64,000 bases of DNA from the human T2T-CHM13v2.0 reference genome, Homo sapiens: assembly GCF_009914755.1 (NCBI RefSeq), contig NC_060940.1; one strand, written 5' to 3'. Positions within the stretch are counted from its first letter, which is position 1; each line of letters starts with the position of its first letter. Positions 1 through 22,780 of this stretch are shown here, in pieces. A program made the position numbers and the translations under genes. The notes under the pieces were generated by a model, which saw nothing but the letters and a program-made list of their open reading frames with translations, had not been told where the DNA came from and did not search any database.

Positions 1-422
1 TTTGGTAGAGACGGGGTCTCCCTAAGTTGCCCAGGCTTGTCTTGAACTCCTGGGCTCAAGCGATCCTCCTGCCTCAGCCTCCCAAAGTGCTGGGATTACA
101 GGTGTGAGCCACTGCGCCTGACCTGTTAATTTATTTTTTGAGACAGGGCCTTGATCTGTCACCCAGGCTGGAGTGCGGTGGCACGATCACGGCTCATAGC
201 AGTCTTGAACTTCTGGGCTGAAGCGATCCTTTCACCTCAGCCTCCCGGGTAGCTGGGACTACAGGCACGCACCATTATACCTGGCTAATTTTTTTATTTT
301 TGGTAGAGACGGGGTCTCCCTAAGTTGCCCAGGCTGGTCTTGAACTCCTGGGCTCAAGCGATCCTCCCACCTTGGCCTCCCAGTGTTGGGATTACAGGCG
401 TGAACCACCATGCCAGTCTGGG
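1..422 (-). mobile_element. Two tandem AluJ-like elements (1-121 partial, 137-422)
   Basis: Alu consensus motifs in reverse orientation. Confidence 0.9.
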
Positions 423-449
423 TCAAGTATTTTATATTCATTACTTGAG

Positions 450-590
450 TTTCATAACAACCCTATAAAGTAGGCATCACTGTCCATTTTAAAACAAGTA
501 AACAGAGGCCTAGGAAAGGTAACCACCCAAGGTCGTATACACCAAGGAAGAGGCAATGCTGGCATTCAGACCCAGGCCAGTAAACCCAAA
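450..590 (-). mobile_element. MIR fragment
   Basis: Resembles the MIR core (ccattttaaaacaagtaaacagaggc...cccaaggtc). Confidence 0.6.
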
Positions 591-1024
591 GCCCCATGCC
601 CTTGACCCACCACAACAATCTGGGATTCTGAGGGGCTTGAGTCAGGCGACACCCCAGATCTAAGCATCTGAAGGTCCCTAACTGTGGAGGCTTTCATGAG
701 AACAAGCCACTGGACGGTAAGCACACGTCGCTCTTCTCAAGGGAGGGTGTACTAAAGGAGCCTCATCTCACTCCCCCTGTGCCATGGAGGCCACACCAGG
801 TGAGCACCCTTGGGAGGGAGACGCATAGCCTGACTGGGGTGCTAATGTGTCCCGGCACTGGGTTCTCCACATGAACAGTTGTGTGAATCCAGGAGGCTCA
901 GATCACGTGCCACAGCGCCACCTACTGGCCTGCGAACAACAACATCAGGAGATCGATTCCACTGGCTTTTCTTTGTTGCTCTGTGTGATTTCTTTACATA
1001 TTCTGGATACACTGTCAGATGTAT

Positions 1025-1402
1025 GTATTAGTCTCTCTCTATATAGAGAAGAATTATATAAGGAATTGACTCACGTGATTGTGCAGACCGGCAAGTCTGA
1101 AATTTGCAGGGCAGGCTGGAAACTCAGGTAAGAGTTGATGTTGCTGCTCGTCTTGAGTTGAAGGCAGTCTGGAAGCCAAAATCCTTCTTCCTGGGGGAAC
1201 TTTAGTCTTTTCTCTTAAGGTCTTCAACTGATTGGGTGAGGCCCACCCATATTATGGAGGGCTTTACTGCTTTACTCAAAGTCTACTGACTTAAATGTTA
1301 ATCACATCCAAAAAGTATCTTCACAATAATATCTAGGCTGATGTTTGCCAAACGTCTGGGCACCAAAGCCTAGCAAAGTTGACACATAAAATTAGCCAGC
1401 AC
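1025..1402 (-). mobile_element. MLT2-family (ERVL) LTR
   Basis: taaggaattgactcacgtgattgtg...gttgacacataaaattagccagcaca, the reverse of the MLT2 5' end. Confidence 0.75.
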
Positions 1403-1528
1403 AGCATCCACTTACTTGCTTGTAAAATGGGCAGTGACACACCTTTTTTTTAGACTTAACTAATGCACATTAAATATGCGGCCTGTTGTAAAAATCTTCC
1501 CATACATGACAACTGCTTTTTACCTTCT

Positions 1529-1839
<311 letters not shown>

Positions 1840-2728
1840 TAAATTACTCTTGCAAGACAAACTGCATGGCCTATCCCCTTGGATTTCCAGGTTGTGACAG
1901 ATGACTGGAGATGAGCAAAATGAAATGACCCAAGGAGGCCCAGAAACATTCAGCTCGAGAAGCAAATAACCCAGGCCCAGGTGTGTTGGTCAGTTGCTTG
2001 TGATGAACGCTGGGCTGGAGTCCACAAGTGCCATTGGCACTGATGTCTTCTAACCGAGCTCCTTGTGTCTGTTTACTAATTATGTGGGCTTAGTGTAGAC
2101 TTCCTCTAGGATGCAGCCTGGGAGTTGGTGCAATGGTCTGATTGCAGGGAGCTATCTTTGCATGCCCAGGACATGCCCCTGGGTGCATATCCTATGTGAG
2201 CAGCTCTCCTCCTGGCCCCTGGGGATATTGGCTAGCATGGGCCCTATGCTTTCCAGCATCTTCCGGGCCCTGCATGTAGCTCGAAGTTTGTGCTTCATTT
2301 CCTCCTCAGACTGGCTGGCCCACTCTGCTGCTGTGCTCCAGAACCTCTCCACTGTGTGACCAGTTTGAACACCCAACCTCTGCACCTATCGTCTGGGTTA
2401 GAACCTTTCAGCAGCCTCACAGGAAAGCTTTGTGCCCAGTCTTCCACAGCCCATCTGCACGGGGACCAACTGCTGCCAGCCTTGCAGAGCAAAGGTGGCC
2501 AGGACGGCTGGCCACAGAAAAGGGTGCAGACATGGGGAAGGCTGGCTAGAGTCTCATCCAGAGAGGAGAGCCCATACTTGTGACCCATTCCACATTCTCC
2601 TTTACCGGGCAGTTTTTTGTTTTTTTGTTTTTTTTTAAAACAGCATCTCACTCTATCTCCCAGGCTGGAGTGCAGTGACACAATCACAGCTCACTGCAGC
2701 CTCGACCCCTGGGCTGGAGTGACCCTCC

Positions 2729-3913
2729 TGTTGACAGCTATTGTGAGGCCTTGGTTCTTGTCTTCTTGGTTTAAAAGAATTTAAACAAGAGACACACAGC
2801 AAAAGAAGTGCAGCATAGAGTCATTTACTGTAAAGAAAAGAGTATTTTGAAAGTTAACTATATATAGGCTGGGCATGGTGGCTGACGCCTGTAATCCCAG
2901 CACTTTGGGAGGCCGAGGCGGGTGGATCACAAGGTCAGGAGTTCGAGACCAGCCTGGCCAATATGGTGAAATGCCGTCTCTACTAAAAATACAAAAATTA
3001 GCCGGGCATGGTGGCAAGCGCCTGTAGTCCCAGCTACTTGGGAGGCTGAGGCAGAAGTATTGCTTGAACACAGGAGGCGGAGGTTGCAGTCAGCCGAGAT
3101 CGTGCCACTGCACTCCAGCCTGGCCAACAGAGCAAGACTGCATCTCAAAAAAAAAAAAAAAAAAAAAAAAGTTAAGTACGGAATAGACAGTGCACTGAGA
3201 AACAGCATTCGTAAGGATGAGACAGCAAAGACTGGCGCTAGGGAGGCTCCCTTTCTGGAAGCCTTTCATGATTATTCGTAAGTGGGTGGGAAGAGGCGTT
3301 ACTAGTAGGCATGGTCTGGGTGGTCTTCTTGGTGCACATGTACAGTAGTTGTACATGCTTGTTTATACATCGCATGTCTCTTTAGCATCTTTTTTTTTTT
3401 TTGAGACAGAATCTCACTCTGTCGCCGAGGCTGGAGTGCAGTAGTGCGATCTCAGCTCACTGCAACCTCCACTTCCCAAGTTCAAGCAATTCTCCTGACT
3501 CGGCTTCCTGAGTAGCTGGGATTACAAGCACGTGCCACTACCCCTGGCTAATTTTTGTACTTTTAGCAGAGCCAGGCTGGTCTCGAACTCCAACCTCAAG
3601 TGGCCTGCCCTCCTTGGCCTCCCAAAGTGCTGGGATTACAGGTGTGAGCCACCGCACCTGGCATCTTTAGCATCTTAAATCTCCACCCAGGGGTGTATTT
3701 TTTACTATTAAAATGAGCAGTGTGTCGGTTTGAGGACAGGTGAAATCAAAATGTGCATGCTCTCTACAGGGGCAATCGCCTACTGAAGACAGCTTTGCTT
3801 GAATGAGCTCGATTACAATGTGAATGCTGAGGCTTATTGTGTTGATTGTACAGTCACCACGCTTGCTGCGTTCCCAGAACATGGTCATTTCCTTAACTAC
3901 CTATCCTGCCTCA
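2729..3913 (-). mobile_element. ERV1 (MER4-group, MER66-like) solo LTR interrupted by Alus at 2867-3170 (+) and 3389-3663 (-)
   Basis: TG...CA termini, CTCC target duplication, inserted in an AluJ; subfamily assigned from memory and uncertain. Confidence 0.65.
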
Positions 3914-4394
<481 letters not shown>

Positions 4395-4857
4395 ACTACC
4401 TGACAGCTTTTAAGCCAAAGCTTAGTGGAATCATGGGAGGGAGAAATCCTAGCGTCAGCAAGTGAGGACTCGGGCAAGGAAAAGGACCTCTCCTCTCCAG
4501 GTCCACTTAGTGCCAGAGCTCTGCGCCTCACAACACACTGCTTGTTCCAGGCTCCACTTTTTCTTCTCAAAATGCTTTATAAATGCCTGGTCCCCATCCT
4601 CTTTGGAGTAAGGGTTAACGCTATTCTTCAGGTAATAAAATAAGGCACAGACTCTCTTCATATGATCTGGTACAACACCTCATCCCAGATGTGAAATCCT
4701 CTTTGCCTAGCCAGGCCATGCTTTCCTCCTCCAGGCAGGCTTCCAGATCTCCAGCTGCAGCTACTCATCCAGTCAGGAGCCAAGAGAACGAGAGAGGCAG
4801 ACAGGGTGCAGCCTGCAGCCTTCTGCAACCTCCAGCCCCAGAACCCCTCAGCACCAG

Positions 4858-5170
4858 TTTATAAATGAAAGAGGTTTAATTGACTCACAGTTCCGTATGG
4901 CTGGGGAGGCCTCAGGAAACTTACAATCATGGTGGAAGGGGAAGCAGGCACATCTTACATGGTGGCAGGCAAAAGGCGGCCAGAGCAGGGAAAACTGCTT
5001 TATAAAACCATCAGATCTTGTGAGAACTCACTCATATCACAAGAACAGCATGGGGGAAACCGCCCCCATGATCCAATGATTTCCCTTCCCTTCCTTACAG
5101 GTCCCTCCCTCGACACCTGGGGATTACAATTAGAGATGCGATTTGGATGGGGACACCGAGAGAAACCATG
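4858..5170 (-). mobile_element. MaLR LTR (THE1/MST family)
   Basis: aaagaggtttaattgactcacagttc...ggaaacttacaatcatgg...gggattacaatt signature. Confidence 0.85.
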
Positions 5171-5260
5171 ACAGGGGCTCTCCAGAGAAGCAGCCCAGCC
5201 TTGGGCAACTTAGTTCTCCCATCTGACCATCCAACCCAATAAGGCTGCTGACTCACATAG

Positions 5261-7170
<1,910 letters not shown>

Positions 7171-7171
7171 T

Positions 7172-11616
<4,445 letters not shown>

Positions 11617-12019
11617 AGGGGGTACACTTTAAATGGCTGAATTGAATGAAGTGTGTTATATCTCAATAAAGCTGTTTTTAAAAAAAGTTAGATGCCAGGT
11701 TTCTGACCCCACAGTGGCAGGCAACGACCCTGTTCTGTGAGCATCCGGGATTATTTTTGGTATGGCAGGTGCCCAGGATTTTTGTGCAGAGCCTTCATAC
11801 CTGTCACTGATGGAGGCTCTCCGAAGTTCAAGCCAAAGCTGGGATCCGCCTACAAACTGTTTTACAGTTTTCCTTCTTCTCCAAGGTGCAGTGAAAGCGA
11901 AGGAACGCTGCTGGACATGGTGAGACATGGAGGACTTTGTGAGGGATAACCTTTGGTTCCCTGATTTTTTGACATGAATCTAACGCTCTGCACCTTCCTC
12001 CTTCTTCTTGACAGTGACA

Positions 12020-13352
12020 TTCATAAAGGCCAGAAGCTCGGTGTTTTTGTTTCTGTTGTCTGTATTCTGTATTCTGTTCCACTAGTCCATCTGTCCATCC
12101 TTGTACCAATACTTCACTGTCTTCACATTACAGTAACTTTTTAGTCTTGGTTCCTGGTAGGGTAAGTCGGAGGTTTGTTGTTCTTCAAGATCACCTTGGA
12201 TATTCTAGGTCCTTTACATTTCCATATAACATTTTAGAAACGGCTTGCCATTTTTCCACCCACAAAAACCATGCTGGGATTTGGTTGAGATGACTTTGAC
12301 ACCACACATCAGTTTGGGAAGAACCAACAACTTTATAATACTGAGTCTTCCAATGCATATACATAGTATATCCCTCCATTTAGTTACATTTTGTTAGACT
12401 TATTTCTAAGTATTTGATGCTTTTTGATGCTATCATAAATTATATTGTTTTGGCAATTTCATTTTCTATTTGTAGCTGTTAGGTATAAATACAGTTTATT
12501 TTTCTGTGTTCACCTGATACTCAGTGACCTTGCTAAACTAACTTATTAATTCTAATGGTTTATACATTTAAAAATTTACTGTATATTCCATCAAGTTGTC
12601 TGGAAATAATAAAAGTTTTATTTCTTCCTTTCCAATCTATGCTTTGGTTTGTTTTTTGAGACCGGTCTCATACTGTCGCTCAGGCTGGAGTGCAGTGTCA
12701 GATCTCCGCTCACCACAACCTCCACCTCCTGGGCTCAAGCGATCCTCCTGCCTCAGCCTCCTGAGTAGCGGGGACTCCAGGAGTATGCCACCAAACCCGG
12801 CTAATTTTCGTATCTCTTTTGGTACAGACAGGGTTTCACCATGTTGCCCAGGCTGATGTTGAACTCCTGGGCTCAAGCAATCTGCTTGCCTAGGCCTCCC
12901 AAAGTGCAAGGATTACAGGCATGAGCCGCCACGCCCAGCCAAAAAAAAAAAATTTTTTTTTTAAAGCTTTTCTCAAGTGGTTTTTGTTGTTGTTGTTGTT
13001 TGTTTTAGACAGGGCCTCACTCTGTCACCCAGACTGGAGTGCAGTAGCATGATCACAGATCACCCCAGGCTCAGGTGATCCTCTTACCTGAGTCTCCCAA
13101 GTAGCTTGGACTACAGGGATGCACCACCACACCTGGCTAATTTTTGTATTTTTGGTAAAGATGAGGTTTCACCATATTGCTCAGGCTGTGGAGTTCACGG
13201 AACATTGTAGCCTCAACCTCCAGGGCTCCAGCGATCCTCCCACCTCAGCTTCCTGAGTAGCTGGGACTACAGGCGCAAACCACCACGCCCAATTAAAAAA
13301 GTTTTTTTTTTGTAGAGATTGGGGGTGGGTCTTGCTATGCTGCCCAGGCTGG
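12020..13352 (-). mobile_element. L1M fragment (12020-12640) followed by AluJ-like elements
   Basis: L1 ORF2-like antisense sequence (ORF 12191..12379 resembles degraded L1 ORF2); Alu motifs. Confidence 0.7.
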
Positions 13353-13391
13353 TGTTTCATTTTAAAAAATCCAATCTGACTTTTATTTGAG

Positions 13392-13763
13392 GTATTAGTC
13401 TGTTCTTGCATTGCTATAAGGAACTACCTGAGACTGGGTAATTTATGAAGAAAAGAGGTTTAATTGACTCACAGTTCTGCAGGCTGTACAGGAAGTGTGG
13501 CTGCGGAAGCCTCAGGAAACTTACAATCATGGGGGAAGGCGAAAGGGAAGCAGGGAAATCTTCCATGGCAGAGCAGGAGATAGAGAAGGGAGAAGAGTTA
13601 CATGCTTTTAAGCAACCAAGTTTTGTGAGAACTCACTATCAAGAGGACAGCAAGGGGGAAGTCCGCCCTCATGATCCAATCACCTCCCCCCTGGCCTCTC
13701 CTCCAATAATGGGGAACACAACTCGACATGAGATTTGGGTGGAGATACAGAGCCAAACCATAT
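13392..13763 (-). mobile_element. MSTA-like MaLR LTR
   Basis: tattagtctgttcttgcattgctataaggaactacctgagactggg...cagagccaaaccata. Confidence 0.85.
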
Positions 13764-13920
13764 AAAGGCGTTTAGACCATTTACAGTACAGTTGTTGACA
13801 TGGTTTGGTCTATGTCTTTCTGATGGATTGACTCCTTTATATTATTAAGTATACATCTTTAATAATGTTTTCTGGTCTTAAAGTCTACTTTGTCTGATAT
13901 AGTATAGCTACATAAACTGA

Positions 13921-15847
<1,927 letters not shown>

Positions 15848-18100
15848 TTAGACTCAGTCTCTGGTTCTGTCCCCAACTCTCTGGGGCCCCTTGGGTGAGT
15901 CTTTTACCTTCTCTGGGCCTCAGATCCACCTGCCTACCTATTACACCCAGTTCTGAGGCTACAGAGTGAACAGAAAAGAAAACCACTGCTGTCCTTACAG
16001 AACTTAAGCCTAACTTTTCCATCTATAAAATGGGGATACTACAACCTCCCGGAGAGTAAGTGAGCCAGAGAGCTTGCTCTTTGGGAGGTGGCAGTGGCAG
16101 ACAGGAAAAGCCCATGGAAACACAATGTCAGAGGTCAGCCCAACCTTTCACCTGGGCCTGTGTGCCCTGCAGTGAAACTTGAACAGATCTTCACTGCTGT
16201 CACCTACTGCTACCTGGGGCTGTTGGGTGCAGCTCAGTTCTATGGCCTGATCCTGGTTGCTCTCTGAAGAAATCCCTGCTATTTGGCCCACCCTAAGGGG
16301 TCTCCCAGCCAAATGGGTCAAGGAGCAGTCCCTGGCTCCAAGACCCAGGCAGGAGAAAGGCATAGTCCTGCCAGGGCCCTGGAGTATGACAGCCAAGCAC
16401 TAGCAACTGCCTAGTCCTCAGAAGAGCGGCCTGTGCTCCAGCCTCTACCTCCTCATTTGAGCCAACTTCCTCCTAGTCTGCTGCCCCTGTTGCCCCTCTC
16501 CTCCTGGCTTTTCTCTTCCACATCGTCCAAGTGTCTCCCCAAGTACAGAGTGTTTGAGAAGACACTGTTCTGCTGTGGGTTGTTGTGGGCAAGTGAGGTA
16601 GGGATTTAGGGCCGAGGCCGAGAGCTCCCAGGGAAGGCCTGTCTGGGGAGTCTGCAGCATCCTGCGTTGGGGATGTTCCTATCTTCTCCTACAACCCAAT
16701 GGGAGCTGGGGTTTTAGTTTGGTCATTCATTCAGGTCCCCAGGCTAATCTGGCCAGTGAGAGGGACAGTGCCTGGTGGGGCAGGCATTCCTGGGCACTGC
16801 TGATCAGCTGTCTGAGAAGGGCCTCCCCTCTCTGCACCTCACTTTTTCATCAAGTGAGAATTGGATGTCTAAGGTTCTCCTCATTTTGGCTAAAACTCTT
16901 TAATTCCTAGCCCCTTTTGAGGACAAATGCCAAATGCCTCTGAGGATTATGTTGGCCAAGGATTTTTTACCAGAAACATCTTCACACATAAAATGTGAGG
17001 GTGGGGGCGATACATTCAGACTATTAAGGCTTCAGCTGGGCAGCTGTCTCCATCACCGCCAGGGCCTCTGGGGCTGTGGCGTCCACTTATGGGGCAGAGT
17101 GGAGCTGGGGTAGGTGAACCAAAATCTCCCTTGTAGGGTGCACTGGTGACAAGGAGCCTGAACCATGGACCCCACCTTCCTAAGCTTAGATCAAAGCAGG
17201 CAGCCTCTCCAAGACGCTCACGGACAGGCTCCCCACATGCAGAGACTGATGGCTGCCTTGGGCTCCCTAGACAGAGCAAGATCTGCAGTGATGACTCACA
17301 AGGACCCCAAGTCCCTCCTCCTTCTTCCTCCTCTACTCTTCACCTTCTCCCCGTCTCTCCTCTATGTCTGGGCCCACAGCCTCCTAGGTGACAACTGCCT
17401 ATGATGGGCGTGAGTTCTGAGAACAAACCCTGGGTCCCAAGTAACTGCCTCCTCTCGCAGCACATCTCATTCCTCAAATCGTAGTATGGATATTACCACT
17501 TCAAGAAACCCCTGCTACCATGCAAATTCCTGAAGCCATTCATTTTTAACACGCAGACGCAAATTAACTTCGCCGAGACAGGCAGCAGCAGAAGGCTCAG
17601 GGAGGAGGTCTGGAAAGGCTACTGACGCAGGGACTGGGCTGCTGGAATGTGAGGGAGAAGACTGACAAGGGGGTGATGGGGAAGGGTGGCCACTGAAGAT
17701 CAGGCGCCTCTCAGGACCAGCCATCCACACGTCAGATCTGTACACAGAGCTGCCAGATTCTGCTCTCCCCAGGACAGAGCCTCATGATGTGGGCTTAAAC
17801 ATATCAGTAGAATGAATAATTCTGGACACATTGGCTCAAGAGTCAGAAAACCCCAGACGTGACTTCCAGCTCTGCTACTAGCAGCATACAGAAACCAAGG
17901 GGATCAAGGTCCCTAGTCCTCTAAAAGTCCTTGAGTCCTACTCTGCTGAACCTAACTGGTCAAGAACTAAGGACCTGATCAGCAAGGTTTGTGAGCATCA
18001 GTTGGCAAGTTCAAGGCCACTGCTTCCACTAGCAGAGAGGTGGTTGAGGTTCCTCCCAGTCACCACAGAGAAGATTTAACAAGTAAAAACCTGCAAACTC

Positions 18101-18106
18101 TTTATT
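18101..18106 (-). terminator. Distal polyadenylation signal AATAAA
   Basis: tttatt on + strand; several TGTA motifs upstream and a U-rich segment downstream in transcript sense. Confidence 0.8.
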
Positions 18107-18958
18107 AAATTCTCCCATTTCATCTGTACAGAAAAAAATGCACATTATGTTCAGAACATATCTCAGTAACATCTCAAAATTACACAGCATGAACATGTAA
18201 AAACAAGGGACCACCACGATTTTATACATAGAAAGGAAACCCATTTACAAAAGAGGCTTGTTAATTGTATTTTTTTCTTTCTTTCAAAAACAAAACAAAA
18301 CAAAAAAAGTGAAAAGCCTAAGATCTCACACAGCATTTGCTGTACAGACTGTTTTCCGGATGGACTGGTTTGGGAACACTGTGCTGGGGGAAGCTGCCCA
18401 GGAAGCGCTCCCGCTGCCGGCTTTCCGGAGGTCTCTGCCCAGTGCACTGCAGGGGGACCTGGAGGGCCCATTTCTACCACCCTAGCATGTCTGACAGAAA
18501 GCCCTGCTGGGCTCTGGGGTCCAGATGTCAACTCTACATTGGAGGAGGCAAAACACAATCTAGAGGCACTGTCTGAACTTTCCCCTGGCCCAGGGAGATT
18601 TCTCCACTGCACACAGCACAGTGTCCTATACATGTGTCCTGGTGGAGCAGAGGGAGCGGGAGAGGACCACGGGTCAGGATCCTGTCACCACCAGCCTGAG
18701 CAGACAGTCCCATCTTTGTGATCCAGGTGACAAATAATCAGTCCCTGGTCCCCACAATGACCTCACCAGATGGCTTTGGGGAGCTCTTCACCCTAAAGAT
18801 TCAGTCTGGTTTGCTAATGACTTATCTATTATCTGAAGTCTGTGGAGGAAGGACCAAGAAGGGGTGCAGTTAGAGGGATGAGCAACCAAAGACCAATGGG
18901 AGGGAAGGCAGGCAAGAACCTCAGACCCGGCCCCACGCCCTCTAGGAACCAAAGTCTA

Positions 18959-19790
<832 letters not shown>

Positions 19791-21217
19791 TTAGGCTGAC
19801 TGTTCTAGGGCTGGCTGACTTCCAAGGTTCCTGGTCCAGCTTCCTTCTTCTTAGATTAAGTTCTGACTTAGAGTGTGTTCTAAGGAGGCAGGGGAGGAAA
19901 TGGGAAGGGAAGGCCTCTTTTCAGTGGCCTCTCCCCAGATGACTCACTATAGTAGGAACTTCGGGGCAGAAGTCACACCACAGGCCTGGAGGATGGGAGG
20001 ATAGGAGACACTTCCAGAAGCCACACTGACATAAGAAGAGAATCTTCTCTTGGGAAGGCCAAGGGAAGTCAGCCACATAATTCCCTTTCCAGTGTGCCTT
20101 GATAAAACGTAAAACATGAATGAAGACACTCTCACCATTAGATTCTTCTGTTAGTTGATCTCAGGAAACAGAAACAAATGAAATCTGACAGTAACTTTCT
20201 GTAGCATCTTCAGGGAAAGCTGTCTCTTCACCAGGATGCATCCCCACCCTGGCCAGCTGAGTGACTCACTGTTCCCAAGAAGAGTAAGGACAGCATGAGA
20301 CAGCCAAAGGCCTGCAGTGTGTTCAAGTCAATACCTGCTCACTCAACATTAGCTCACTGGTCACCCTAGAATTCTCCTAGCTTTGAAGGATGCACTAACT
20401 CAGAACTGCAGCTGGGGGTGGTAGCCCGGGGAAGATCGCTTTCCCGGGGGTGATCCCAAGCCTATGGAGTGCATGGCTCCCCTGCCGGTGCTTCTTGCTA
20501 ACGGGCTTGTCTAGGGACAACAGCAACAGCAATGGAAGTCCAACATGCACCCAGGTGAAGGCCTCACAGAGCTCCCCATCTGTGGGAGAAGCTCCATTGT
20601 GAACAGTTCGTCTTGTTCTTAATAGTTTGCCCAGACAGCTCACCTTCAGTACCCCAGAGCCTCCAGCCTGGCAGTCCGGGCTCCAGGTACCTCTAGAGGG
20701 CTGTGGCGCACACTATGCATAAGTCACAGGGACACTGGCATGAACTGGTAAGTCCAGATGACAGTGACCCAGCTGCTATAACTGTTAGCAAGTACCTGAA
20801 GCCTTAGCCTTGGCAAAACCCCCTACCCTCTACTTCTATTACTGTTGGTGGGCTACACATCAGGAGAGTAGACACAGGCCAGAGTCCATCATCCACTCAC
20901 ATCCACAGAAGGGTCATTGTTTCTTTTCTTGACCATTTCTCAGCCAGTTGACTGACCTATAAGGCCAGGAACCAGGGGTGCCCCAGGCCCTGTTTTGTTT
21001 TGCCAAATGAGGGACTTAATGAGTGCGGCCAGTTCAGACTTTGCTGGCCTTGGCACTTAGAAAAACTTGCTCGGGGCCCTGCCTGGGGCTCTCAAGAGCC
21101 AGTCATTGGAAAATGCTCCAAGTAAGATGATGAAAGACATTCTTGTAATAAGTAATTGAAGATACTGGCAGAGCTAACTTTTCTATTCTGACCATTTATA
21201 AAGATGACAAATGTTTT

Positions 21218-21511
21218 GGCCAGGCAGGGTGGCTCACACCTGTAATCCCAGCACTTTGGGAAGCTGAGGCGGGTGGATCATGAGATCAGGAGTTCAAGAC
21301 CAGCCTGGCCAAGATGGTGAAACCCCATCTCTACTAAAAATACAAAAATAAGCCAGGCGTGGTGGCGGGTGCCTGGAATCCCAGCTACTCAGGAGGCTGA
21401 GGCAGAGAATTGCTTGAACCCAGGAGGTGGAGGTTGCAGGGAGCTGAGATCGCGCCACTGCACTGCAGCCTGGGCAACAGAGAGATACTCTGTCTCAAAA
21501 AAAAAAAAAAA
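21218..21511 (+). mobile_element. Alu in the GLG1 3' UTR
   Basis: Full dimer with A-tail; approximate TSD (gacaaatgttt / gacagatgttt). Confidence 0.92.
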
Positions 21512-22619
21512 GACAGATGTTTCAAGAACCAAATTCCTCATCAAACTTCCAAATCTGCAGACAACGAATGGGATTTTCTCTCAATTCAGAAAGAACAGAA
21601 ATATCAACACAATTAGAACTATAAGGGTGTTTACGCATACTGGGAAGGAGACTGCAGAGAGGAAGGATACCCCACCCGGTCAAACAGTGAACATCCATCC
21701 TACCTGCAAACCACACCAGACACGTCCGTAGGCACCTCCATGTACATGACATTCCTGGCTCTTGATATTAGGCCTCAGCGGCCCCCAGCCCCCAGGGGAA
21801 CCTGCAGAGACTCTCGGGCCGCTCACTCCGGCTGGCAGTGGCGGGAGGCAGTGTGTGCTGCTCGCACCCTGCGTTTCCAGTTTTAGGAGACTGAAGCATC
21901 CCAGACAGCTGTTGACAATCAGGAAGACCCTACAAGCAGGACCGAGGGGACTAAGCAGCTTAGCAGCTTCCCTTGGTGACTTGGCAGGGGGACAATCAGT
22001 TGGCTTCTGGAACCCACTGCCTCCAGGAAGGGCAGCAAATAGAAAAAAAAGAAAGAAAACCACAGTATTCAAATATATGTCAGTCAGGTTAGACAAGGAG
22101 TAACTTGGATCAACTGATCCACAAACTGACACGCCTTGTACTGAACACCCTTCAGGGAAGACATGTGTCGCTCCGGTCCTGCAGTGCACGTGGACTGTGC
22201 AGAGCAGAGGCAAGAGTGGGGGGCGCCGAGGGCAGGCCTTGGTCTACATGGACAGTTTTAGGCACGTGATTTATAATACCTTGTGGACATCTAACAGGTT
22301 AATAAAATATATATTACATAAATGTCTCTCCTACTGTACACACTGCTCTCTTGTGCAGCCACTGTGATCTCATGCCCCAAACTCAACCAAAGGAGTGCCA
22401 CGCTGAACCATGATGCCCGGACCCCTCCCTCTCACACCCAGACTTGTCATCTCCACACTGGAGGAATGAGGCAGGATGGCCAAGAATATTGCTTCTATAA
22501 AGCCCATATTCTGCAAAGGTTGATGAATCGCCAAAATACAACATTTAGCCAATGCCTACTAGAGTGGGTACACGCAGCAAATGGACAGAAAGAAAAAAAA
22601 CAGAGCAAATCCTCCATCT

Positions 22620-22625
22620 TTTAAT
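22620..22625 (-). terminator. Proximal polyadenylation signal ATTAAA
   Basis: tttaat on + strand, ~80 nt after the GLG2 stop, followed by CTGTTTTTTTTCTTTCTG in transcript sense. Confidence 0.6.
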
Positions 22626-22704
22626 GTGATAACTTTCCACACCCTCTCCACGTAGAGGCACAAAGGAGCTTGTCTGGGAAGTTTGTCTGGAGTGTGCAGA
22701 AAGG

Positions 22705-22780
22705 TCAGGCTGGACTGCCTGTCACATCCTGAGACCACACTAAACCTTTATAAGCCATTGTCTCTGACCTGTATTGTAGC
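22705..22780 (-). CDS. GLG1: Alternative terminal coding exon (GLG2 isoform): R-LQYRSETMAYKGLVWSQDVTGSPA*
   Basis: Acceptor CTTTATTTTTCAG at 22781; joins donor AG|GTAG at 23820/23819 in frame; 24-aa extension matches the known GLG2 tail as I recall it. Confidence 0.9.

Noticed and set aside
2111-2687. Overlapping ORFs on both strands in apparently unique DNA (e.g. 2152..2385 minus)
   Set aside because: No recognisable domain or splice structure; lengths are compatible with chance in GC-balanced DNA; a tBLASTn/Dfam search would be needed to revive them
22301-22306. AATAAA on the + strand, suggesting an antisense transcript end
   Set aside because: Lies in an AT-rich patch; no + strand exon structure supports it
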